From an uncultured Actinomycetota bacterium (GTDB taxonomy: Bacteria > Actinomycetota > Actinomycetes > Streptosporangiales > Streptosporangiaceae): a stretch of DNA of 64,000 nt. Positions within the stretch are counted from its first letter, which is position 1. The number at the start of each line of letters is the position of its first letter. The position numbers and the translations under genes are program-made. The stretch covers positions 586,919 through 650,918 of the forward strand of contig CAVYKS010000009.1 in NCBI GenBank assembly GCA_963769145.1, given 5' to 3'. A model generated the notes under the pieces. It saw only the letters and a program-made list of their open reading frames with translations, was not told the origin of the DNA and did no database searches. This document shows, piece after piece, positions 18,525 to 28,420 of this stretch.

Positions 18525-20294
18525 TCACAGGTCGAGCGCGACGTCGCCGCGCGGCTGCGAGCAGCAGATGAGCACGTCACCATCGGCCGGATCGTCGACC
18601 GGGTCAGGCGCGTAGCCGACCTTCCCTGACACCAGGCCGGACTCGCAGGTATGGCACACGCCGGTACGGCAGGACCAGCGCACCGGCACGTCGCAGGCTT
18701 CCGCGAACTCGAGCAGGCTCGCGTAGCGCAGGTCCCAGCGGGCGGTCAGGCCGCTGCGCGCGAACGCGACTTCCGGACCGGTGCCCGGCGACCCGGAGGG
18801 CTGGTGCGGCCGCACCGCGGCCGCCGCTGCTATGCCGGGGGTAAGTGCCGGCCGCGCGCCGAAGATTTCGGTCATGATCTGGCCGCTGCCGAGACCGAGC
18901 TTGGCCAGCGCGGCCGCCACGTCGGTCATGAATCCGGCCGGCCCGCAGACATACGCCTCGGCGTCGCGCGACAGGTTCAGCTCTGCCAGCACTGCCGCCG
19001 ACAGTCGGCCTGCCGACTGGTAGTCGCGGCCGAGCACGTCGTCAGCGCCAGGTCGGCTGTAGCAGACCTGCAGGTGCGCCCGCGGCAGCTTGGCCAGCAG
19101 TGACCTCGCCTCGGCCGCGAACGGTTCCTCGGCCCGGCTGCGCGCGCCGTGCAGCCACCACACCTCGCGGCCGGATCCCGCGTCGGCCAGCGCGTGCAGC
19201 ATCGCCAGGACCGGCGTGGCGCCGACGCCCGCGCTGATCAGCAGCACCGGTGCCGCGCCCGTTCGCAAGATGAAGGTGCCGCGCGGCGCGGCGACCGCGA
19301 GTTGATCACCGGGCCGCACATGGTCGTGCACGAACTGGCTGGCCGCGCCGTGCTGCTCGCGCTTCACGCTAATCCGGTAAGACCCGGCATCCGGCGGTCC
19401 GGACAGCGAGTAGCTGCGTAGCAGCGGCGGCTGGTCCGGCTGCGGCTGCAGCCGGACGGTCAGGAACTGACCGGGGCTCGCGGTCGGCAGTGCCGCCCCG
19501 GCCGGGTCGGCCAGCCACAGTGAGATGACCGACCGGCTCTCCGGCTCGATCGTCGTCACCGCCAGCGGGCGGAACCCCCGCCAGGCGGGCGGCGGGCTCG
19601 CGGCGGCCAGTCCGGCGTTGCCCACGCCCTGGCCATCGTCCGGCTGGCTGGCCAGCTCGCGGAATGACGCCTTCCAGCCCTCCGACAGCGCCGGGATCCT
19701 CAGCGCCCTGCGCACCTGCTGCGCCGGGTGACCGGGCAGGTACAGCAGCGCGTCTATCTCGGCCACCGTCATGGTCTGCGGGCCGCGGGCCACCCGGACG
19801 ATCTCATCTCCCGCCCGGACCGCGCCCTCGCGCAGCACCCGGAAGTAAAAGCCGGGCCGGTGATGCGAGACCAGCAATGCCGGGATCCGGGCGTCATTCA
19901 TCCGGATGCCGACTCGGAAGCAGGTCACCCTCGGCTGCGTCACCTCGAAGAGCGCCTCGCCGATCTGGTACCGATCGCCGATGCAGACCTCGTCGTCGGC
20001 CAGCCCGCGTACGGTGAAGTTCTCGCCGAACTGGCCGAACTCGAAGTCGTCCCGCCCAAGCTGATGCTGCCAGTACTGGTACGCCTCGATCTGGTATACG
20101 AACACGGCGCGCTGCTCGCCGCCGTGGCCGGCCAGGTCACCCTGGCCGTCGCCATCGACGTTCAGCCGCCGGGCGAGCCGCGGGCCGTCGGTTGGCCGCT
20201 TCCACACCGCAGTGCGCACGGTTCGGCCCTGCCAGCTCACCTCGCGCGGCAGGCCCACATTCACCGAAAGCAGGCTGCCAGCCCGCCGGTCCAT
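18525..20294 (-). CDS. MOSC domain / FAD-NAD(P) ferredoxin-reductase-like / 2Fe-2S ferredoxin fusion oxidoreductase
   Basis: The N-terminal MOSC region is SVNVGLPREVSWQGRTVRTAVWKRP. The reductase core is RSYSLS...GPAGF. The C-terminal plant-type ferredoxin Cys cluster is CRTGVCHTCESGLVSG. ATG 20294 is chosen; the 70-aa upstream extension to 20504 looks non-coding. Confidence 0.85.
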   Translation of the reverse strand: MDRRAGSLLSVNVGLPREVSWQGRTVRTAVWKRPTDGPRLARRLNVDGDGQGDLAGHGGEQRAVFVYQIEAYQYWQHQLGRDDFEFGQFGENFTVRGLADDEVCIGDRYQIGEALFEVTQPRVTCFRVGIRMNDARIPALLVSHHRPGFYFRVLREGAVRAGDEIVRVARGPQTMTVAEIDALLYLPGHPAQQVRRALRIPALSEGWKASFRELASQPDDGQGVGNAGLAAASPPPAWRGFRPLAVTTIEPESRSVISLWLADPAGAALPTASPGQFLTVRLQPQPDQPPLLRSYSLSGPPDAGSYRISVKREQHGAASQFVHDHVRPGDQLAVAAPRGTFILRTGAAPVLLISAGVGATPVLAMLHALADAGSGREVWWLHGARSRAEEPFAAEARSLLAKLPRAHLQVCYSRPGADDVLGRDYQSAGRLSAAVLAELNLSRDAEAYVCGPAGFMTDVAAALAKLGLGSGQIMTEIFGARPALTPGIAAAAAVRPHQPSGSPGTGPEVAFARSGLTARWDLRYASLLEFAEACDVPVRWSCRTGVCHTCESGLVSGKVGYAPDPVDDPADGDVLICCSQPRGDVALDL

Positions 20295-20454
20295 GGTCAC
20301 CCCCGATAGCGCCCGCCAGGCGATCATTCTCTCAGGCGGCCCGGAGGTAGGTGTCAGGAAGCCACCGTGCCGGCAGCTTGAGGAACCAGGCCATGCGATC
20401 ATGCTGGGACGCAGGCCACTGTCATCTGCAGAGAGAGGAACCGGCGTCGTGGAC

Positions 20455-21072
20455 ATGAAACTTGAGGTTGTGGTGCTGCCCGTCGCTGACGTCGAGCGGG
20501 CCAAGGACTTCTATACACGGCTCGGCTGGCGGCTCGACGCCGACTTCCCCTTCGATAACGGCTTCCGGGTCGTACAGTTCACACCTCCGGGCTCGGGCGG
20601 ATCGATGCAATTCGGCACGAACATGACCTCAGCCGCACCCGGCTCGGCTCGGGGCCTGTACCTGATCGTCTCCGATATCGAGGGAGCGCGCCACGAGCTC
20701 GCTGCCCGCGGCGCCGAAGTCAGCGAGGTGTTCCACGCCGGGACGCCCGGCGCTCAGTTCCAGCCCGACGGGACGAGCGGCCGGGTCAGCGGACTTGCGC
20801 CGAATCACGAAAGCTACAGTTCCTTCGCTACGTTCAGCGACCCAGACGGCAACGGCTGGCTACTGCAAGAGGTCACGACGCGGCTTCCCGGCCGGGTCGA
20901 CACCGCTCAGACGGCATTCGCGTCCGGGGCGGAGCTGGCGAGCGCGCTCCGGCGCGCGGAGGCCGCGCACGGCGAGCACGAGAAGCGCATCGGCGCGGCA
21001 GACCCGGACTGGCCCGACTGGTACGCGGCGTACATGAGGGCTGAGCAAGCCGGGACGGAACTGCCGACATGA
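20455..21072 (+). CDS. VOC/glyoxalase-family protein
   Basis: Begins MKLEVVVLPVADVERAKDFYTRLGWRLDADF, with a C-terminal FSDPDGNGWLLQE. I start at ATG 20455; the longest ORF from 20212 overlaps the divergent gene. Confidence 0.8.
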   Translation: MKLEVVVLPVADVERAKDFYTRLGWRLDADFPFDNGFRVVQFTPPGSGGSMQFGTNMTSAAPGSARGLYLIVSDIEGARHELAARGAEVSEVFHAGTPGAQFQPDGTSGRVSGLAPNHESYSSFATFSDPDGNGWLLQEVTTRLPGRVDTAQTAFASGAELASALRRAEAAHGEHEKRIGAADPDWPDWYAAYMRAEQAGTELPT

Positions 21073-22448
21073 GCAGCTATGACGTGATCGTTCTGGGCGG
21101 TGGTGCACCGGGCGAGCACTGCGCGGCGGCGCTGGCCGCGCGAGGGCTTCATGTCGCCATCGTTGAGCACGAGCTCGTCGGCGGCGAGTGCTCCTACTGG
21201 GCCTGTATTCCGTCGAAGTCGCTGCTGCGCCCGGGCGAGGCGGTGCACGGCGCGCGCGAGGCCGGCGCGAGCGCACAAGTTGATGTCCAGGCCGTGCTGG
21301 CCTGGCGCGACTTCATGGTGTCGAACTATTCCGACGCCGGCCAGCAGCGCTGGCTCGCCGACCGCGGCATTGACCTGCTGCGGGGCACGGGCCGGCTGGC
21401 CGGCCCAGGCGTGATCGACGTCGACGGCGTCCGCCACACCGCGGACCACGTTGTCATCGCGACCGGCTCCGCGCCGGCGGTGCCGCCGATTCCCGGACTC
21501 CGCGATCTTGACGGAGTTTGGGGCACCCGCGAGGCGACGAGCATGAAAGCCGTCCCGCGCCGCCTGCTCGTGCTCGGCGGCGGGCCCGCAGGCGTCGAAC
21601 TGGCCCAGGTGGTGCGCCGTCTCGGCGGCGAGGCGGTGATCATCGAGGGCTCCGGTCGCGTTCTTTCCCGTGAGCCGGCGCCGCTGGGCGATGCGCTCGG
21701 CGAGGCCCTGCGCCGGGACGGGATTGAACTGGTGCTCGGCAAGCATGCCACCGCCGCCCGGCGGGACGGCGACGACTACGTCCTGCACCTTGATGACGGC
21801 AGGGACGTGCGGGGTGACCGGCTGCTGCTGGCGACCGGCCGGCGCCCGAGGGTCGATGGCATCGGCCTTGACACGGTAGGCGTCGAGGCAGGCCCGCACG
21901 GTATCCGGGTTGACGAGTACCTGCGCGCGGGCGAGCACCTGTGGGCCATCGGCGACGTCAACGGCATCTGGCCGCTAACGCACGTCGGCGAATACGAGGG
22001 CGACGTCGTCGCGGCGAACATCGCAGGCGATAAGCGCCCGGCGAACTACGAAGCCGTTCCCAGGGTCACCTACACCGATCCGCAAGCCGCGGCGGTGGGA
22101 GCGGTCGACGCGGAATACAGCGCCACCGCGCCGGTTTCAGAGGTGCCGAAGACCGCCACCTACACGCACGCCTACGCGGAATCCAACGGTTTCCTGACAC
22201 TGCTCAGCGACGGCCGACGGCTGACTGGCGCGTACGCGCTCGGGCCCGAAGCCGGTGAGTGGATGCAGCAGGCCACGCTTGCCATCCGCGCACACGTCCC
22301 GCTCGAGGTCCTGAGCGACACGATCCAGCCCTTCCCGAGCTTCTCTGGCATCTACGACGCGGCGGTGACGGCGCTCCGCATGCGGATCGCGGACATGCCG
22401 CCGCCGACCCGTCCCATGGCCGCGCAGACAGCGAGGCTATCCCGCTGA
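21069..22448 (+). CDS. Class I pyridine nucleotide-disulfide oxidoreductase (dihydrolipoamide dehydrogenase/mercuric reductase-like)
   Basis: YDVIVLGGGAPGEHCAAALAARG (FAD Rossmann) and the redox-active GGECSYWACIPSK. There is an ATGA start/stop overlap with the upstream VOC gene at 21069-21072. Confidence 0.85.
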   Translation: MSSYDVIVLGGGAPGEHCAAALAARGLHVAIVEHELVGGECSYWACIPSKSLLRPGEAVHGAREAGASAQVDVQAVLAWRDFMVSNYSDAGQQRWLADRGIDLLRGTGRLAGPGVIDVDGVRHTADHVVIATGSAPAVPPIPGLRDLDGVWGTREATSMKAVPRRLLVLGGGPAGVELAQVVRRLGGEAVIIEGSGRVLSREPAPLGDALGEALRRDGIELVLGKHATAARRDGDDYVLHLDDGRDVRGDRLLLATGRRPRVDGIGLDTVGVEAGPHGIRVDEYLRAGEHLWAIGDVNGIWPLTHVGEYEGDVVAANIAGDKRPANYEAVPRVTYTDPQAAAVGAVDAEYSATAPVSEVPKTATYTHAYAESNGFLTLLSDGRRLTGAYALGPEAGEWMQQATLAIRAHVPLEVLSDTIQPFPSFSGIYDAAVTALRMRIADMPPPTRPMAAQTARLSR

Positions 22449-23882
22449 CTGGCCGAGCAGCCAGCGTCCCGGCGCGACGAGCTTGCTTGCGGTCGCCGGG
22501 CCCCAGGAACCGGCCGCGTAGGAGGCGATCTTCGGTGGGTTGTCGAGGAGCGGGCCGGCCACCTTCCACACCGCTGCCAGACCGTCGGGCCGGGTGAAGA
22601 GCGACCGGTCGCCCATCAGCACGTCGTGAATGAGGCGGACATACGGCGGCAGCGGGTCAGCGCCCTTGAGTCCCGACAGCGGGATGGCCGCCTTCGCCGG
22701 ATCGAGGTCCAGCCCCGCGCCCGGCTTCTTCGCGACCAGCGAGAGGTCGATCTCGCCGGCGCCGGCCAGCGAGAACGACAGTACGTTTGAGTCGTCAGGT
22801 AGCCGCGCAGCCAGCGGGCCGTCGGGTTTGCGCAGGATGAGGCTGACGCGCTGCTGTGAGACCGCCAGCCGCTTGCCGGTGCGGAGGTAGAACGGCACGC
22901 CCCGCCAGCGCGGGTTGTCGATCCAAAGTCGGGCGGCGACGAAGGTGTTCTGCTGCGACCGCGCCGCCACGCCCGGCACATCCTTATAGCCGGAGAACTG
23001 TCCGAGCACGACCTCAGCCCGGTCCAGCGGGCGGAACGACCCTATGACCTTCTCGCGGGTCGCTTGCAGATCAGCTGCCTCCAGGCTGGCCGGCGGCTCC
23101 ATCGCGACCTCGGCGGCCACCTGGAACAAGTGCGTGACGAGCATGTCGAGCACGGCGCCGGTGGCGTCGTAGAACACCGACCGGTCGGTGATGCCAAGCC
23201 GCTCCGGCACGTCGATCTGTACCGACTCGACATGCTGGCGGTCCCACATGCCGGCGAACAGGCCGTTGGCGAACCGCAGCACGTGCAGGTCCTGGGTCGC
23301 CTCCTTGCCGAGGAAATGGTCGATCCGGTATACCTGCTCCTCGGCCAGCACGGAGTGCACGGCCCGGTCCAACTCCCGGAACGCCTCCGGCGAGGTGCCG
23401 AACGGCTTCTCGTACACGACGCGTGCGCCCTTGGCCAGACCGTGCTGGCCGAGGGCCTTGGTGAGCTCGGCAAAGGCGACCGGCGGCACGGCGAGGTAGT
23501 GCACCAGCCGCGGGCTGGCGCCCAGCTCGCGTCCGGCCTTCCCGATGACGTCCAGCAGGCTGCCGGGGCTGTCGGTGGTGAAGCCGCCACCGGCGAACAG
23601 CACTCGCTGGGCGAACGCGTCCCAGGCCGGCTGCTCGGGCTTGGGCCCGAACTCGGTCAGCACCCCGTGGACGTGCCTGCGGAAGTCTTCGTGCGCGAGG
23701 TGGCCGCGGCCGTTCCCGATCAGCAGCCACTGCCGGGGCAGCAGGCCCTCAAGCGCGAGACGGTAGAACGCCGGGATGACCAGGCGCTTGGCCAGGTCCC
23801 CGGTCGCCCCGAAGAGAACGAAGATTGTCGGGGCGGGGGCCTCCGCGGCCGCGTGGTGCTTCATCGTCGCCATGACAGCCAA
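22437..23882 (-). CDS. zwf: Glucose-6-phosphate 1-dehydrogenase
   Basis: FVLFGATGDLAKRLVIPAFYRL (NADP site) and the RIDHFLGKE active-site motif. Confidence 0.9.
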   Translation of the reverse strand: MAVMATMKHHAAAEAPAPTIFVLFGATGDLAKRLVIPAFYRLALEGLLPRQWLLIGNGRGHLAHEDFRRHVHGVLTEFGPKPEQPAWDAFAQRVLFAGGGFTTDSPGSLLDVIGKAGRELGASPRLVHYLAVPPVAFAELTKALGQHGLAKGARVVYEKPFGTSPEAFRELDRAVHSVLAEEQVYRIDHFLGKEATQDLHVLRFANGLFAGMWDRQHVESVQIDVPERLGITDRSVFYDATGAVLDMLVTHLFQVAAEVAMEPPASLEAADLQATREKVIGSFRPLDRAEVVLGQFSGYKDVPGVAARSQQNTFVAARLWIDNPRWRGVPFYLRTGKRLAVSQQRVSLILRKPDGPLAARLPDDSNVLSFSLAGAGEIDLSLVAKKPGAGLDLDPAKAAIPLSGLKGADPLPPYVRLIHDVLMGDRSLFTRPDGLAAVWKVAGPLLDNPPKIASYAAGSWGPATASKLVAPGRWLLGQSAG

Positions 23883-23909
23883 GCTACGTGGCCGGCGGAC
23901 GATAGCGGT

Positions 23910-24924
23910 CTATGGGTTAGCTGGTAACCAGGTCTCTTCGCGACCGACCGGCTCGCCGAGCTTGGCCCGCATCCAGGGGTACGGGTCACGCAGTGGTACG
24001 CGCCGCGAGCGGCGGCGTTCCTGGATCTCACGGATTGGCTCGCCAGCGATGTAGTAGCGACCACGGCCGTTGCCTTGCGGGGTGAGGATGCCTTCTGACG
24101 CCAATGCGGCGAGGTCCCGCGTTGCGGTCTGCTCTGTGATGTCGGAGCGCTTTAGGTACAGGGCTCGGCGAACGCGGTAGCCGAGTACGGCGTCGAACAT
24201 CACGTCCATCGTGCGCTCGGGCAGACCATGCTCGGTGACGACCTGGTCGAGCTCAGCCCAGGTCAGTCCGGCTTCATCAACCCGGCGGGCCACTGTCTGA
24301 GCTTGCATGTGGTGCGCGCGCAGGTTGAACGCTAGCCATAGATGGGCGTCATCGCGCGGCTGCCAGCTACCGTGCCCGGTGTGGGCCAGGACGCTGTAAT
24401 AGTCCTCGATATTGGCCCCGAGCCATTCCTCGACGCTTGAGAATTCGGGCTCGCCGATATCCGAACGCGTAAGCACTGATGTCGCCAGCGCGCGGGCCAT
24501 CCGGCCGTTGCCGTCACGGAACGGATGGATCATGACCAGGTTGAGGTGCGCCATCGCCGAACGTACGACGGGATCGAGGCTGATCTCGCTGTGAAGGCTC
24601 TCTACGAGGGCGCCCACCAGGACGGGGATCGTTGTGGCGTCCGGACCTTCGTAGACGACCTGGTCGCGGCGCTCGTCGCGGACGTAGATTGGTCCCTTGC
24701 GATAGCGGCCTGGCCTCGGCGACCTGGTATCCCTCGATACTGTTGGAGCCCTTGATCGCGCGGGCTAGTGCTGAGCGCCGCAGGCCTCCGTGCCATCGTG
24801 TCGGCGTTCGCAGGACATGCCGCAGGGCCTTACGCATTTGGTGTATTTCGCCCAGTACGGCGTCATCCTCATGCGTCAAGAGAGGCGCGGAGTAGACGAT
24901 CGCCTGACGCGATGTTGTATTCAT
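23910..24924 (-). pseudogene. Fic/DOC-family protein, frameshifted
   Basis: The N-terminal part (24514-24924 frame) is readable to ...AIKGSNSIEGYQV. The rest continues in another frame (...PIYVRDERRDQVVYEGPDATTIPVLVGALVESL...HPFRDGNGRMARAL, the Fic motif), followed by a C-terminal winged-helix-like segment. The junction is near 24700-24720. Confidence 0.7.
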
Positions 24925-24989
24925 CTAGACAAAATAACGTCGCTGTGACTACTTAAACTAGTCATCGCAGCCGGGTCAGGTGACAAGTC

Positions 24990-25469
24990 TCAGCCAGGCA
25001 GGTCCTCGGGGCGCTTCGCGGCAAGCTTGCCGTGCAGGAGGCCGGTGGCCTGGCCGACTTCGATGAGGTATCCGTCCGGGTCCCGCATATAGCAGCGGAT
25101 CTCGGCTCCGCGGTCGATGGGGGGCGTGACGAACTCGGCCCCCTTCTCCTTCCACGCCTCGTAACAGGCCTGGACATCGGCGACTCGCAAGTTCAGGAAA
25201 ATCGAGGTGGTGTCACCAGGCTGGTAATCGACCACCGATATGCCTGGCTTGTCGGGAGTGGGCGGCCCGCCCGGGTTCATGAGAATCCACGAGTTGGACA
25301 GCCTGACGATGCACGGATTCTCGTCCAGGACGACCGTGCCGCCCAGCACACGCGAGTAGAAGTCCCGGGATCGCGCAACACTCCGGACGGCGATGAACAG
25401 CGTCGCCAGGACGCCGTCTTCGGGCGCGGGAAGGTTGGCGTAGTCAATGCGGGGCGCGGGTTCTGTCAT
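24990..25469 (-). CDS. VOC/glyoxalase-family protein
   Basis: 159 aa. Contains RSRDFYSRVLGGTVV and the C-terminal YMRDPDGYLIEVGQ. Confidence 0.75.
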   Translation of the reverse strand: MTEPAPRIDYANLPAPEDGVLATLFIAVRSVARSRDFYSRVLGGTVVLDENPCIVRLSNSWILMNPGGPPTPDKPGISVVDYQPGDTTSIFLNLRVADVQACYEAWKEKGAEFVTPPIDRGAEIRCYMRDPDGYLIEVGQATGLLHGKLAAKRPEDLPG

Positions 25470-25573
25470 GGTTGCTCCACTCCGGCGGTATGAGGGGTGG
25501 CGGCTCTTCGAGCGACGGTCCTGCTAGTCAACCCTTCCCAAGATGTGGCCTCTCAGACGTCTGAGCGGGCCGA

Positions 25574-28114
25574 CTAGGACGGCAGCGCGCGCGACCGCAG
25601 CGCCTTCTCTGCCACGTCGCGGCCCTCGATCACCACCCGGGCGAGCGCCGGGTCGATGCCAGGCTCGGCCAGGAACTCCGCGATGCGGTCGAGCAGCTCG
25701 GGCGATGCCGCCGAGTACGGGAACAGCTCAGCGCCGATCAACCTGCGCAGCCAGCCGGTCCTGGTCGCCCAGATGACTGGCAGCTCGGCGAAGTATTTCT
25801 CCGCGTACGGCGCGATCAGCTGCGCGTGCTCGGCCATGTTGAAGCACCGGGCGACCTCGCGCGAGCCCTCCAGGCCAAGGTCGGCCGACTCGGCGGCCAG
25901 CCGCCACGCCGCCGCTTTGTGCTCGGCGTCAGGGATCCGCGCCCGGCAGCCCAGCGCGAAGCGGCGGCAGGCGTCGGTGGCGTCGCGGGCCAGCTCGGCG
26001 TCGATCTCCGCGTCCGCGGCCCGGCCGGTGGCGGCCAGCCGGTGCAGCAGCCGCCACCGCAGTTCGGTGCCGACCGCGAGGCCGGGCATGCTGGTGCTGC
26101 CGTCGAGCAGCCCGGCGACGAAGTCGAGCTGGCTGGGCGTCGTGGCGGTCCAGCCGAGCAGCCGCGCCCAGGCGAGCTGGAGGTCGCTGCCGGGCCCGGC
26201 GGCCGCCAGCAGCGCGATCCCCTCGGCCGCCAGCAGCGCGGTGCCCTCGGGCACAAAGGCAGGGTCCGCGGTCCGCTGGAGGAGCCAGGAGGTGGTTCTG
26301 TGCACGTTCGTCAGTACCGAGACCGACTGCTCGCGGCCCATCCCGGCCGCGACCATCCGGACGAAGGCGGGCACCGGCAGCTCGGCCTGGCTGGCCATGT
26401 CGGTCACGGCGTTCCAGCAGATCGTGCGCGCGAGGTCGTCATCAAACCGCCCGATCGACGCGGTCAGCGTCGCCAGCGAGCGCTTGTCGAACCTGACGAT
26501 GGCGTAGTCCAGGTCATCGTCGTTGAGCAGAACCACGTCAGGCTGCGGCAGGCCAGCCAGGCCGGGTACATCGGTGCGCGGTCCACTCAGGTTGGCCTCG
26601 ACCCGGCAGGTACGTACTAGCGCCCCGCCCCCGTCCCGGTTGTACAGGCCGATCGCGATGTGATGCGGGCGCAGCGTCGGGTGCGCCTCGGGTGCCTCCT
26701 GCAGGACCGCGAAGCTGGTGAACGTTCCGTCCGGGCCAACGCTGAACCCGGGGCGCAGCGTGTTCGGCCCGGCGGTCTCCAGCCACGCCTTGGACCAGCC
26801 CGCCAGGTTCCGGCCCGAGCTGGCGGCGAGGGCGGCGAGCAGGTCGGCCAGCGCCGCGTTCTGCCAGCCGTGCTCGGCGAAGTAGGCGCGGATGCCGGCG
26901 AAGAAGCTGTCCCGGCCGGTGTAGGCGACTAGCTGCTTGAGCACCGCCGCGCCCTTGTCGTAGCTGATCGCGTCGAAGTTGGACTCGGCCGCGCTGAGCG
27001 TCGAGACGTCAGCCGCGACCGGATGCGCGGACGGCTGCTGGTCCAGCAGGCAGGCGCCGGCCTTGCGGGTGCAGAACGTCGTCCAGGAACTGGTGAACCT
27101 GGTGGCCTCTGCGGCTGCCTGGAACCCGAGCAGCGTGGCGAACGACTCGTTCAGCCACAGGTCCTCCCACCACCGCATAGTGACCAGGTCGCCGAACCAC
27201 TGATGCGCCATCTCGTGCAGGATCACATACGCCCGGAGTTCCCGCATCGCGTCGGTCACCTTGGACCGGAACAGCAGCGACTCGCTGATGATGACGCAGC
27301 CCGCGTTCTCCATCGCACCGGCGTTGTCCGGCACGAAGACCTGGCCGAACTTGGCGAACGGATAGGCGGCTCCGAACAGCCCGGTGAAGTAGTCAAGTCC
27401 CTGCCTGGTGATCGCGAGGAGTTCTTCGGACTCCAGGTACCCGGCCATCGACTGCCGGCACGCCAGCGCCAGCGGGATCACCTGGCCGCTGGGGGTGGTG
27501 TGCGACTGGTGCACCAGGTGGTACTCGCCGGCCGCGATCGCGGTGAGATAGGTCGAGATCCGCGGCGTCGGCTCGAAATGCCAGACCGCGGCCTCATCCC
27601 CGGCCGGCTCCGGCTCGGGCGCGGCCTGGTTCGACACCACGATCCAGTGCCGGGGCACTGTCACGTGGAACGCGAATGTCGCCTTGAGATCCGGCTGCTC
27701 GAAGTTCGCGAAGACCTGCCTGGCGTGCGCGGCCGCGAACTGGGTGAACGTGTAGATCCGACCGTCAGCCGAGTCCGCCGACCGCTGCAAACCGGCCCCG
27801 CCGGTGCCGTAGCCGCAGTCGGCGACCACGCGCAGCTCATTGCGGGCGGCCAGCCCGGCCAGCTCGATCCGGCCGGCCTGCCAGGCGCTCACCGGGTCGA
27901 CCGCCGCGCCGTTGAGGGTGATCTCGTGCACGGTCTCGGCGATCAGGTCCGCATAGCTCACCGCGCCCGGTTCGGCGCAGCCGAAGCTGATCACCGAGGT
28001 AGACCGGAACGCTTCCGCGCCGCCGGTCAGGTCCAGCTCGATATCGTAACTGCGGACCCGAAGCAGCCTGGCCCGCACGGCGGTCTCGTCCCTGGTGATC
28101 TCGGCAACCCGCAT
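25574..28114 (-). CDS. pepN: Aminopeptidase N (M1 metallopeptidase)
   Basis: GAMEN motif (DNAGAMENAG), zinc motif HEMAHQWFGDLVTMRWWEDLWLNESFA, and ERAP1-like C-terminal repeats. ATG 28114 is preferred; the longest ORF extends to 28303. Confidence 0.9.
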   Translation of the reverse strand: MRVAEITRDETAVRARLLRVRSYDIELDLTGGAEAFRSTSVISFGCAEPGAVSYADLIAETVHEITLNGAAVDPVSAWQAGRIELAGLAARNELRVVADCGYGTGGAGLQRSADSADGRIYTFTQFAAAHARQVFANFEQPDLKATFAFHVTVPRHWIVVSNQAAPEPEPAGDEAAVWHFEPTPRISTYLTAIAAGEYHLVHQSHTTPSGQVIPLALACRQSMAGYLESEELLAITRQGLDYFTGLFGAAYPFAKFGQVFVPDNAGAMENAGCVIISESLLFRSKVTDAMRELRAYVILHEMAHQWFGDLVTMRWWEDLWLNESFATLLGFQAAAEATRFTSSWTTFCTRKAGACLLDQQPSAHPVAADVSTLSAAESNFDAISYDKGAAVLKQLVAYTGRDSFFAGIRAYFAEHGWQNAALADLLAALAASSGRNLAGWSKAWLETAGPNTLRPGFSVGPDGTFTSFAVLQEAPEAHPTLRPHHIAIGLYNRDGGGALVRTCRVEANLSGPRTDVPGLAGLPQPDVVLLNDDDLDYAIVRFDKRSLATLTASIGRFDDDLARTICWNAVTDMASQAELPVPAFVRMVAAGMGREQSVSVLTNVHRTTSWLLQRTADPAFVPEGTALLAAEGIALLAAAGPGSDLQLAWARLLGWTATTPSQLDFVAGLLDGSTSMPGLAVGTELRWRLLHRLAATGRAADAEIDAELARDATDACRRFALGCRARIPDAEHKAAAWRLAAESADLGLEGSREVARCFNMAEHAQLIAPYAEKYFAELPVIWATRTGWLRRLIGAELFPYSAASPELLDRIAEFLAEPGIDPALARVVIEGRDVAEKALRSRALPS

Positions 28115-28420
28115 AGTCGCAGCCCCGTTCGCTTGGTGCACCCACCCGGCGCGAATCGAGTAATAACGTAATACGTGATCTTGCCGGGGCGCAACGGGCC
28201 GTCGGCCGGTCGGGTCAGCTGAGCAGTTCCGCGACGGCGGCCATGGCGGGTTTGATGGTTCGCTCGCGGACGTTTCCGAAGCCCATCTGAAACGGAAAGG
28301 CAAGGAGCGCTGCTCCTTGCCACTTCCAAGCTATAGCACACCAGGGGGCTTGCGGCAAGACCCGGGTCATGCCGCATAATCGCAGGCCGGACCCGGAATC
28401 TACAGAAGAGGTAACGCGAA

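Noticed and set aside
20212-20454. N-terminal extensions of the longest ORFs: 20212-20454 for the VOC gene, 20295-20504 for the MOSC-reductase, 28115-28303 for pepN, 48713-49039 for the SBP, 40001-40081 for eccD and 42962-43081 for esxB.
   Set aside because: The extensions overlap neighbouring genes or intergenic promoters and lack family-like sequence. Internal ATG/GTG codons with SD sequences give proteins of canonical length.
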